NCBI GenBank assembly: GCA_002085355.1
Contig: NATN01000001.1
Span: 9,628-52,750 of the forward strand
Direction of reading: 5' to 3'
Length of the DNA stretch: 43,123 nt
From: Candidatus Zhuqueibacterota bacterium 4484_87
Lineage (GTDB): Bacteria; Zhuqueibacterota; Zhuqueibacteria; Thermofontimicrobiales; Thermofontimicrobiaceae
Shown piece by piece: positions 28,721-36,605 of this stretch (the stretch's first letter is position 1; every line of letters starts with the position of its first letter). Made by a program: the position numbers and the translations under genes. Below the pieces are notes generated by a model. The model was given only the letters and a program-made list of their open reading frames with translations, did not search any database and was not told the origin of the DNA.

Positions 28721-29731
28721 CTACTTTTTTTTCTTGCCATTTTCTTCGAGCGATTTTTTCATTTTTTCAAGGTCTTGTTTTACTTTTTCCCGTTTTCGCC
28801 TGATGGCTTCTAACTTTCTTCGCTCTTCTTCGTCTTTTTTGCGCTTTAATTTCGCGCTTTTATCAAAATATTTATAAACAGAAAAACGATGAGTGATGCC
28901 GGCACGTACCTGCCATTTGTAGTATTCTTTGTGGAAAATATCCGTTTCCTTCAGCGAATCGTATTGAGTCAGAGCAAAGTCAAAACTGATGTCGATGACA
29001 TTGTCCCACGGTCCCAGAAAACGAATGCCCTGGCTGATTCTGGACGAATTTTGGTTAAATGGCAAATCTTTTTTATTGAAAAAGATTTCCCCACTGTATT
29101 CAGTGTAGAATTGAACTGATCGAATGGGAAATTTAAATCCGGCACCTATGAACAATTGGTCTATTTCAGACGTGAAATAGGTGTCAGTGACGTCATGATC
29201 CATGTAGCCGAAGTTTAAGTTAATTTTCAACGGATGTCGCGGCATCATTTTCAAAAAGTCCAGCGTGATGATGCCTCTTGCACTCCAGGCAGCTTTATTA
29301 GTGAAAAACGTTTCAAACGGGACATTGCCTTTGCTGGCAGTTGGAATGATGAAACTCCCTGCCAATCCAAATTTAAAAAAGTCTGTTCGCAAGGGCGTTA
29401 AATATTTAATCCCAAGGAGAGTATTGCCGCGCATTCCCCAGAGATGTTCCTGATCGTCCTGATAGGGGATCCAGTTAAGATATGTTTCCAGATAGTGCGC
29501 CAATCCAAAAGTAGCGCTTAAATTTGAGCGATAGTATTTTGCCAGACTTGCTTTGCTTGCCTGTTTCATGTAGGTGGAAACATTCCATTGAACAATGATG
29601 TCCGCTGGCTTAACCGGATCTGCTGATAGCACCCGAAGCATTCCTTTTCCCCCGGTGAGACCAATTTGGCTGTGAACGATAGAATTGAATCCGAACAATA
29701 GAACCAGAATGAATAAGGGAAATTTTCTCAT
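28721..29731 (-). CDS. Putative outer-membrane beta-barrel protein with a highly charged C-terminal helical tail
   Basis: The 336-aa product has a signal peptide (FILVLLFGFNSIVHSQ). Alternating hydrophobic/aromatic strand patterns end in HRFSVYKYF. A K/E/R-rich extension of about 47 aa follows (KLKRKKDEEERRKLEAIRRKREKVKQDLEKMKKSLEENGKKKK). Confidence 0.5.
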   Translation of the reverse strand: MRKFPLFILVLLFGFNSIVHSQIGLTGGKGMLRVLSADPVKPADIIVQWNVSTYMKQASKASLAKYYRSNLSATFGLAHYLETYLNWIPYQDDQEHLWGMRGNTLLGIKYLTPLRTDFFKFGLAGSFIIPTASKGNVPFETFFTNKAAWSARGIITLDFLKMMPRHPLKINLNFGYMDHDVTDTYFTSEIDQLFIGAGFKFPIRSVQFYTEYSGEIFFNKKDLPFNQNSSRISQGIRFLGPWDNVIDISFDFALTQYDSLKETDIFHKEYYKWQVRAGITHRFSVYKYFDKSAKLKRKKDEEERRKLEAIRRKREKVKQDLEKMKKSLEENGKKKK

Positions 29732-29813
29732 ATTTTATTTCCGCCTTTAACTTAATGTCTGTTAGGCTAACTTTTATTTTCTCAACAGGTTATTTTTCAA
29801 AATGAAATAATTG

Positions 29814-29842
29814 AATTTAAAATATTGAATAAAAAATGTCAA
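29814..29842 (-). promoter_or_regulatory. Candidate sigma70-type promoter for the eight-gene operon
   Basis: The minus strand reads TTGACA (29842-29837), a 17-nt spacer, then TAAATT (29819-29814), about 83 nt upstream of the ATG at 29731. This is a by-eye match only. Confidence 0.3.
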
Positions 29843-30493
29843 GCATCTTGTGAAAAAAATTATTATCAGATAAAAAATGATATTTTTTAAAAAATTAGCT
29901 CGCTTTGTTGAGTTAATGTTTTGATGTAAATAAGGGTTGGTTACTGATAGACACTTATCAGTAAATTCAAAATAACTTTCAAAATTTAAGTGACTTGCAA
30001 CCGATTTGCCCCTGTGAAGGCAAAAAGAATAAAAAAATTACATCAATTATTATGCCAGAAAATTAACAAAATGAGAAAAGTCTTTGGCAGTTTAAGCTAT
30101 TGATTATTAGGCATATAAAAGACAGGTAAATAGATTAAAAATAGACAAATAAAAAAGTACAAAATTATAATTGATTGAAAATAAAGCAATAAGGATAAAT
30201 TAACCTCTTTGCTGGTCAAAAAGTGACCACCATCACATATAAATTTTATGTGATTACCCGAAAAAATGTCTCTGTTTGTGACAAACATGCTCCTACAAAT
30301 TTGTAACCATTTTTTCAGAAACACAAAACTTCATTGTTAGAAAAAAGGTTTCGTCTGATTTTTGCTGAGGCTCTTTTGCTGTTGCAAAAAATTTTATTAC
30401 CATTCAAGTGATTGTTTTTTATTACAAATTTATTAAACAAAATAAGCGGGGAAAAAGTTGCATGAAAAAATTCACTTTTGAAATTAAAAAAAT

Positions 30494-30522
30494 GCAAACC
30501 TTTTTTTTCACGAGTTGTCTAA
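30494..30522 (+). promoter_or_regulatory. Candidate autoregulated ECF-type promoter
   Basis: GCAAACC (AAC-type -35, 30494-30500), a 16-nt spacer, then GTCTAA (CGTC/GTCT-type -10, 30517-30522), about 29 nt upstream of the sigma-factor ATG. This is a by-eye match to the general ECF promoter pattern. Confidence 0.35.
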
Positions 30523-30550
30523 TTTGGTGAACTGATTTCAAGGACAAAAT

Positions 30551-31129
30551 ATGAATCATGATGAAGCGGTTTTGGTCCGCAAAGCGCAAAAAGGTCATGC
30601 ACCTTCATTTGAACAGTTAGTGCGCCGTTACGATGAAAATATCATGCGTTTGCTCTGTCATTTGCTCAATGACTCAGAAGATGCCAGGGATGTGTACCAG
30701 GAAGTTTTTTTCAAGGTGTACAAGTCCATTGCTTCGTTTAATTTTCGCAGTGAATTTTATACGTGGGTTTATCGTATCGCTTTAAACACGGCAATTAATT
30801 TTCGAAAGAAACGCAAGAAAAATTGGCGACTGGAAGGCGTGGAATATTTCGCTGCACAAAACGAATTGGATCACATAAAAATCGAAGACGCCGTAGCGAA
30901 TCCCGAACATAATTTTTTGAATTCCGAGCTTTCCCTGCAAATTGCCGATGCCGTTGATCAGCTTTCCCCGAAACAACGCGCTGTGTTTGTGTTGCGGCAT
31001 TATGAAGGAATGAAACTCAAGGAAATTGCAAAGATTCTTCAACTGAACGAAGGGACGGTTAAGAATTACCTGTTCCGCGCTTTGGAAAAAATGAGACGAA
31101 ATTTGCATGAATATAAATATTTTCAATAA
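30551..31129 (+). CDS. ECF (group 4) sigma-70 family RNA polymerase sigma factor
   Basis: The 192-aa product has region 2 (F.QLVRRYDENIMRL...DARDVYQEVFFKVYKS...F.TWVYRIALNTAINF.RK). Region 4 is also present (LSPKQRAVFVLRHYEGMKLKEIAKILQLNEGTVKNYLFRALEKMR). Confidence 0.92.
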   Translation: MNHDEAVLVRKAQKGHAPSFEQLVRRYDENIMRLLCHLLNDSEDARDVYQEVFFKVYKSIASFNFRSEFYTWVYRIALNTAINFRKKRKKNWRLEGVEYFAAQNELDHIKIEDAVANPEHNFLNSELSLQIADAVDQLSPKQRAVFVLRHYEGMKLKEIAKILQLNEGTVKNYLFRALEKMRRNLHEYKYFQ

Positions 31130-31140
31130 AGGAAACAGAG

Positions 31141-32088
31141 ATGGCGTGCACAAAAAAATATGAAAAATGGATTTGGCTTTCCATGTACGACGAATTGACC
31201 GCTGATGAGAATAAAGAATTGATGCAGCATCTACAATCGTGCGAACAATGTCGGCGCGAGTGGGAAAACGCCAAACAATTTGAAACAAAATTGTCGGAGA
31301 AGGAACCACTTCAGGTATCCGAAGAAATTTTGCAGCAAAGCCGGGATGCGTTGTTTCACCGCATTCGTATGGCGGAGCGTTATGGCACGAAACCGTTGTG
31401 GCTGGAAAAATTGCGCAGAATTGTCACATTGGATTTGCGTCCCCAATGGCGGCTGATGACAGCGCTGAGTATGCTAATCGTCGGGGTTTTTCTGGGCGCG
31501 AAATTTTTTCAACAGTCACCTTCATTGGATTCAGCACTTCTTCAGGATATATCTTTTCAAGCCGAATCTATCGACCGCATTGAGAATCTATCTTTTGATC
31601 CACAGAAAAATCAAGTGATGGTCCGCTTTCGTACTGTTCAGGAGCGTGATGTGCAAGGTCGTCCTGATGATCCGATGATTCAAAGACTATTGGCCCGAAC
31701 TTTGGTGAGCGATCCGCGGCCTAATTTACGGCTCCGCTCAGTGAATGCGTTGCGCGAAACAAAGAGCTATAGTCAGCAGGTTTTAGATGCATTGATTGAA
31801 GTGCTGGAAAAAGATGACAATTCCGGTGTGCGTTTGAAAGCGATCAAAATCTTAAATTCAATTCCTTGGAACGAAGCAGTGCAACCCATGCTGAGCCGCG
31901 TGTTCATCAAAGTCTTGCTGCAAGAAACGAATCCCGCCGTTCGTATTGAGGCTGTCAATGCATTAGGCAAAATATTGAGCAAAGATACGATTAACATTCT
32001 GAATAAAGCAGCAGAAAAGGACAGCAATGAATACATACGTAACAAAGCTGCAATTTTGCTGGAGAAGGTAAAAAACGCGCAATTTTAA
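31141..32088 (+). CDS. Anti-sigma factor (zf-HC2) with one TM and a C-terminal HEAT-repeat domain
   Basis: The 315-aa product has the zf-HC2 motif HLQSCEQC near the N-terminus and a TM helix LMTALSMLIVGVFLGA. HEAT-like repeats follow (NLRLRSVNALRE, SGVRLKAIKILNS, NPAVRIEAVNALGKI, EYIRNKAAILLE). It lies immediately downstream of the ECF sigma gene. Confidence 0.72.
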   Translation: MACTKKYEKWIWLSMYDELTADENKELMQHLQSCEQCRREWENAKQFETKLSEKEPLQVSEEILQQSRDALFHRIRMAERYGTKPLWLEKLRRIVTLDLRPQWRLMTALSMLIVGVFLGAKFFQQSPSLDSALLQDISFQAESIDRIENLSFDPQKNQVMVRFRTVQERDVQGRPDDPMIQRLLARTLVSDPRPNLRLRSVNALRETKSYSQQVLDALIEVLEKDDNSGVRLKAIKILNSIPWNEAVQPMLSRVFIKVLLQETNPAVRIEAVNALGKILSKDTINILNKAAEKDSNEYIRNKAAILLEKVKNAQF

Positions 32089-32118
32089 AAAAAGCAAACA
32101 ATAACTTTAGGAGGAATA

Positions 32119-33429
32119 ATGATGAAAAAAACAAAGACGATTTTTATTCTGGTTTTAGCTGCTTTGCTGCTGGTGGTGTCGATGAGTATTGCACAGCAGT
32201 TAAAGAAGCATGGGCGCTATTACATTGCTGATATTGAAAAAGAATTTAAAGTAGCCCCAGGTGGCATACTGGAAATTAAAGATGTCCGCGGCGATGTGCA
32301 AATTACCAGTTGGAGCAAAAATGTTGTTTACATTCACGAGCGCAGAAAAATGGATGTGTACACCAAGGAAGAAGCCGAAGCTGTACTTAAAGACCAAAAA
32401 TATCAGTATCAGAAAATCGGAAATAAAATTGTTGTGGGCATGAAAGGTAGCTATCGTTCATACATGAGCAGCTATTTTGATGTCAAATTGCCGAAAAAAT
32501 TCAATGCGACAGTGAGTACCGCGGGTGGTGATTTGAGAGTTTCCGATTTGGAAGGAGAGGTCAAGTTAGTGACTTCGGGCGGCGATATTGATGTGAGCAA
32601 AATTGATGGCATTGTAAAAGCCACAACATCTGGCGGAGATATCTCGGCTAATAAAATATCGAAAGAAGCTATCCTTACCACTTCCGGCGGTGATATTGAC
32701 ATGGATGATATCAAAGGAGATGTCAAAGCTGCGACTGCCGGTGGAGATCTTTCGCTGCGGGAAATAGCCGGGAATGTTCGCGCTTCAACTTCTGGCGGAG
32801 ATATCATCGTGGAGAAGAATACGGGCAATGTCTCGGTTCAAACATCAGGTGGAGATATTGAGTTATACGATGTCGGCGCTCAGGTGAAAGCAACCACTTC
32901 TGGCGGCGATGTCGTCGTGCGTCGTAGCAGCGGAGATGTGAAGGTCGTGACTTCTGGTGGTGATATCGATCTGACAGATATTCAAGGGAAAATAAGCGCT
33001 ACGACTTCCGGCGGAGATATTGAAGCGACAACGGTAATGAAGGGCATTAAAGTTACCACTGCCGGAGGAAATATTGAGCTGGTGGATATTCGCGGCTTTA
33101 TCGACGCGAAAACTTCCGGCGGGGATATGAAAGCAGAATTGACTTTGCAGGATTTTTCTAAAGATCATCATGTGACAATGAACACAGCCAGTGGTGATAT
33201 TGAGTTGAGAATTCCTGCCCAATTACCGGCGACAATAAAAGCCCGTTTGAAAGTTACCCCCCGGGCACGCGATGATTACGACATTATTTCTGACTTTCCT
33301 ATTTCAATTAAAAAGGAAAAAGAAGGGAGAAATGAAATCATCTCAGCGACAGGAGAAATTAATGGCGGCGGTGATGTGATTGAGTTGAAAACGACTAACG
33401 GGAATATTTCAATTATTAAAGCGAAATAG
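32119..33429 (+). CDS. Secreted DUF4097-like ('putative adhesin') repeat protein, predicted beta-helix
   Basis: The 436-aa product has a signal peptide (IFILVLAALLLVVSMSIAQ). It contains about 11 consecutive 18-aa units T(S/A)GGD(I/L)x(5-6)G.V.. (e.g. TSGGDIDVSKIDGIVKAT, TSGGDIELYDVGAQVKAT). These correspond to a 54-nt coding periodicity over about 32518-33140. Confidence 0.75.
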   Translation: MMKKTKTIFILVLAALLLVVSMSIAQQLKKHGRYYIADIEKEFKVAPGGILEIKDVRGDVQITSWSKNVVYIHERRKMDVYTKEEAEAVLKDQKYQYQKIGNKIVVGMKGSYRSYMSSYFDVKLPKKFNATVSTAGGDLRVSDLEGEVKLVTSGGDIDVSKIDGIVKATTSGGDISANKISKEAILTTSGGDIDMDDIKGDVKAATAGGDLSLREIAGNVRASTSGGDIIVEKNTGNVSVQTSGGDIELYDVGAQVKATTSGGDVVVRRSSGDVKVVTSGGDIDLTDIQGKISATTSGGDIEATTVMKGIKVTTAGGNIELVDIRGFIDAKTSGGDMKAELTLQDFSKDHHVTMNTASGDIELRIPAQLPATIKARLKVTPRARDDYDIISDFPISIKKEKEGRNEIISATGEINGGGDVIELKTTNGNISIIKAK

Positions 33430-33440
33430 ATTTTAAATGG

Positions 33441-33479
33441 AAAAGATGTACTCCACTTTTGAGGTGGAGTACATCTTTA
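33441..33479. terminator. Bidirectional intrinsic terminator between convergent genes
   Basis: A perfect 15-bp inverted repeat, aaagatgtactccac (33442-33456) and gtggagtacatcttt (33464-33478), has a 7-nt loop and is flanked by A/T runs. It sits between the DUF4097 stop (33429) and the RND pump stop (33488). Confidence 0.7.
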
Positions 33480-33487
33480 AATAGTTT

Positions 33488-36400
33488 TTATTTTTTCGCC
33501 AACCGTTTCTCGCGAAATTTTTCTGAGCGATTCTCCATGATGATGTAAATTACCGGAACGACAAATAGCGTGAGAAAAGTTGCCACGAATAAACCGCCGA
33601 TTACAGACCTTGCCAGCGGGGCCCAGTTTTCTCCGCTCTCGCCCAAACCTAATGCTAACGGAACCATTGCCAGTATTGTCGTCAACGCAGTCATCAGCAC
33701 TGGTCTCATTCTCGTTTCTCCGCCTTCCTGGACTGCTTCCATCAAACTTTTTCCTTTGGCGCGGAGCTGATTCATGTAATCGACGAGCACAATTCCGTTG
33801 TTCACCACGATACCGACTAACATAATAATTCCGATCAGTGCCATCACCGTGAGCGTAGTTCCGGTGAGGAACAAGAAAAGTGCCACGCCGATGAGGGACA
33901 TGGGAATGGTGAACAAAATGATGAACGGATCCAACAGAGACTCGAACTGCGAAGCCATAACCATATAAGTGAGCAAAATAGCAACCAACATGGCAATGCC
34001 CAAATACATGAACGATTCCTGCTGTTCTTCAGCCATACCACTGATTTCGAGCCGATAATCATTGGGGATAACTACTTTTTTCATGGCTTTTTGCACATCG
34101 AGAGTAACGCTGCGCAAATCTCTGCCCGAAACCATCATGGAAACTTTAACCACGCGTTCCTGGTCTTCGCGAGTGATTTCTGTCGGAGCTTTGCTGGTTA
34201 CTACGCGCGCTACGGATCGAAGCGGCACTCGCGCACCTGTCGGCGATACGATCAAAATATTTTCCAGGTCTGCCTTGGATTTGCGATATTTTTTATCCAG
34301 TTGGACACGAATGTCGTATTCTTCACCGCCTTCGCGAAAAGTGGAAGCAACTGTACCCAGAATATTTGAGCTTACTGTCTGCGAAACCGCTGCTGCTGAA
34401 ATTCCCAGATCAGCCAGACGATTTCTGTCCAGTTCTATTCTCAGCTCTGGCATGGCTTCTTCAAGACTGATTTTCACTTGTTCGGTACCGGGAATCTGTT
34501 TTACCAGATCTTGAATTTGTTCGGCTAATTCTTTTGATTTTGTCAAATCGTGCCCGAAAATTTCCACGACGATGTCGCCTTCGCCGAACATCTGACTGAT
34601 TCCCTGTTCCTGATAGCGAATTTCTGCGCCGGGGATTTCGGCAAATTTCTTTTTAAGAGCCGCATCAATCTCTTTTTGAGAGCGATGACGCTGGCTTTTG
34701 CGGACTAATTTTACATTGACTTCGCCTGCGTTTGAGGCGCCACCACCGAAGAGAGCCGTGAGACCTTCGCCCTGACCAAATTGTACGTGAATATTTTCTG
34801 CTTCCGGCACTTCTTTTTTGACAACGTCAGCAATTTTCATCATTGTTTTTTGCATTTCATCGAGACTGGTTCCGGGGGCAGTTTTTACCTGATAGACGAT
34901 AAATCCCTGATCGGAATGGGGGAAAAAATCACCGCCACGGGTTGCCAGAATCGCAATGGAAGTTGCAAAAAGCAAAGTGACCAAAATGAGCACAGTTTTT
35001 CTGTGGTTGATTGACCATCTCAGAGCTCTGCTGTATTGATTTCTTAATCCGATCAGAAAGGAAGTAATTCCTTTTTTTATGCGGCTGATAAACCCTTTGG
35101 ATGATCTATCTCGTGATTTAATTTTTTCACTAATGTCCAGAAATCGCGATGCCAGAAGCGGCACTAATGTGAGTGCGACAAATAACGAGGACAAAAGAGA
35201 AAAACAGATGGTAACAACCATGTCGTTGAACAACTCGCCGGCAATGCCAGGGACAAAAAGCACGGGCACAAAAACTGCTAATGTTGTCAATGTAGAGGCA
35301 GTGATTGCCATAGAGACTTCCGAGCCTCCCTTGTCAGCAGCATCTTCCATAGAATCACCCAATTGCCGCCGCCGGAATATATTTTCCAATACAACAATGG
35401 AGTTATCCACCAACATTCCCACTGCCAGTGCCAAACCAGCCATGGAAATCATATTCAGCGTCAAACCGGCCTGATCCATGACTGCAAAAGTGACCAACAT
35501 GGAAACCGGAATGGAAATGGCAACAATGAGCGAACTGCGGAAATTTAGCAAGAAAAATAACAGCACAAGAAACGCCAAACCGATAGCTTGCAATGCGGTG
35601 CTTCCCAGATTTGACATGGATCGCTGAATGAAGGTCGCCTGATCCCAGAAGTTGATAATCTCCACACCTCTGGGAATGGCTTGCTGAATATCATCCAATT
35701 GGCTTTTTATGCGCTTGACGACTTGCACAGTGTTCGCGTCCGATTGCTTGCTGACCATGAGCAGAACGCTTGGGTTACCGTCAATGTATTCGCGTTGTCT
35801 CTGTTCTTTGAAACCATCCACTACGCGTGCCACATCGCGAATTCTAACAGGTGTCCCCTGAATTGTGGCAATGGTTGTGTTTTTGATTTCATCTAAATTC
35901 TGATATTCCCCCATGGTTTGAACAGTGTATTCCTGCTCTTTATTTTCAATCCAGCCGCTGGGAATCTGCATGTTGTTCATTCGCAGTGCGTTCACAAGAT
36001 AATCAATGGAAAAATGATGCGCCTGCAAGCGATGGGGATCTGCGAGAATTTTAATTTCGCGGGATAAGCCTCCGGCAGTGAAAGCATTTGCCACGCCCGG
36101 AATACGTTCAATTCGCGGCTCGATCTCCCGTTCTGAAATTCTGCGCAATTCTGCAGTGCCGTATTGGCTTGATTGAACAGCCATGTACATGATTGGCTGC
36201 ATGGAAGGATCAAAAGCGAATACTACCGGATCTCTGATGTCATCAGGCAAATAGTCACGGATGAAGTCGATGTTTTTCCGCGTATCAATTTCCGCCTGAT
36301 CCATATCAGTACCCCAGTCAAATTCAAGCAACACCAGGGAAAGTCCCTGTTTGGAAGTGGAGCTGACTTTTTTAACGTTCTCCACAGAAGATACAATTTC

Positions 36401-36604
36401 TTCGAGAGGACGAGTTACAGAATTTTCAATATCGTAGGGATTGACTCCTGTGTATTGGGTGATGATCGCGATCACCGGAAAAGTTAAATCCGGGAACAGG
36501 TCTATTTTCAATCTTGCCAGAGAAAAGAGACCAAACCCGATCACAATCAAATATATCATGAAAAACGTGATGCCGCGTTTGATGGCTAATGTCGTGATTT
36601 TCAT
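33488..36604 (-). CDS. RND-family efflux transporter, inner-membrane permease (AcrB/HAE-type)
   Basis: The 1038-aa product has 12-TM RND topology with two large periplasmic loops. Typical N-terminus is present (AIKRGITFFMIYLIVIGFGLFS...LFPD..FPVI.I.T.Y.G), as is the TM4 region GLALAVGMLVDNSIVVLENI. Confidence 0.95.
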   Translation of the reverse strand: MKITTLAIKRGITFFMIYLIVIGFGLFSLARLKIDLFPDLTFPVIAIITQYTGVNPYDIENSVTRPLEEIVSSVENVKKVSSTSKQGLSLVLLEFDWGTDMDQAEIDTRKNIDFIRDYLPDDIRDPVVFAFDPSMQPIMYMAVQSSQYGTAELRRISEREIEPRIERIPGVANAFTAGGLSREIKILADPHRLQAHHFSIDYLVNALRMNNMQIPSGWIENKEQEYTVQTMGEYQNLDEIKNTTIATIQGTPVRIRDVARVVDGFKEQRQREYIDGNPSVLLMVSKQSDANTVQVVKRIKSQLDDIQQAIPRGVEIINFWDQATFIQRSMSNLGSTALQAIGLAFLVLLFFLLNFRSSLIVAISIPVSMLVTFAVMDQAGLTLNMISMAGLALAVGMLVDNSIVVLENIFRRRQLGDSMEDAADKGGSEVSMAITASTLTTLAVFVPVLFVPGIAGELFNDMVVTICFSLLSSLFVALTLVPLLASRFLDISEKIKSRDRSSKGFISRIKKGITSFLIGLRNQYSRALRWSINHRKTVLILVTLLFATSIAILATRGGDFFPHSDQGFIVYQVKTAPGTSLDEMQKTMMKIADVVKKEVPEAENIHVQFGQGEGLTALFGGGASNAGEVNVKLVRKSQRHRSQKEIDAALKKKFAEIPGAEIRYQEQGISQMFGEGDIVVEIFGHDLTKSKELAEQIQDLVKQIPGTEQVKISLEEAMPELRIELDRNRLADLGISAAAVSQTVSSNILGTVASTFREGGEEYDIRVQLDKKYRKSKADLENILIVSPTGARVPLRSVARVVTSKAPTEITREDQERVVKVSMMVSGRDLRSVTLDVQKAMKKVVIPNDYRLEISGMAEEQQESFMYLGIAMLVAILLTYMVMASQFESLLDPFIILFTIPMSLIGVALFLFLTGTTLTVMALIGIIMLVGIVVNNGIVLVDYMNQLRAKGKSLMEAVQEGGETRMRPVLMTALTTILAMVPLALGLGESGENWAPLARSVIGGLFVATFLTLFVVPVIYIIMENRSEKFREKRLAKK

Positions 36605-36605
36605 C

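Noticed and set aside
30097-30497. Two small minus-strand ORFs (75 and 60 aa) in the AT-rich spacer
   Set aside because: They have no RBS and a composition dominated by AT-rich codons (F/I/K/N/L). They have no family resemblance and are treated as non-coding.
30782-31309. 175-aa minus-strand ORF spanning the sigma/anti-sigma junction
   Set aside because: The plus strand encodes unmistakable ECF sigma region 4 and a zf-HC2 anti-sigma N-terminus. The antisense ORF has no features.
32518-33140. Regular repeats of about 54 nt, considered as a possible CRISPR or tandem DNA repeat
   Set aside because: The periodicity is entirely in frame within one ORF and corresponds to 18-aa TSGGD units with divergent nucleotide sequence. 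There is no repeat/spacer alternation and there are no cas genes.
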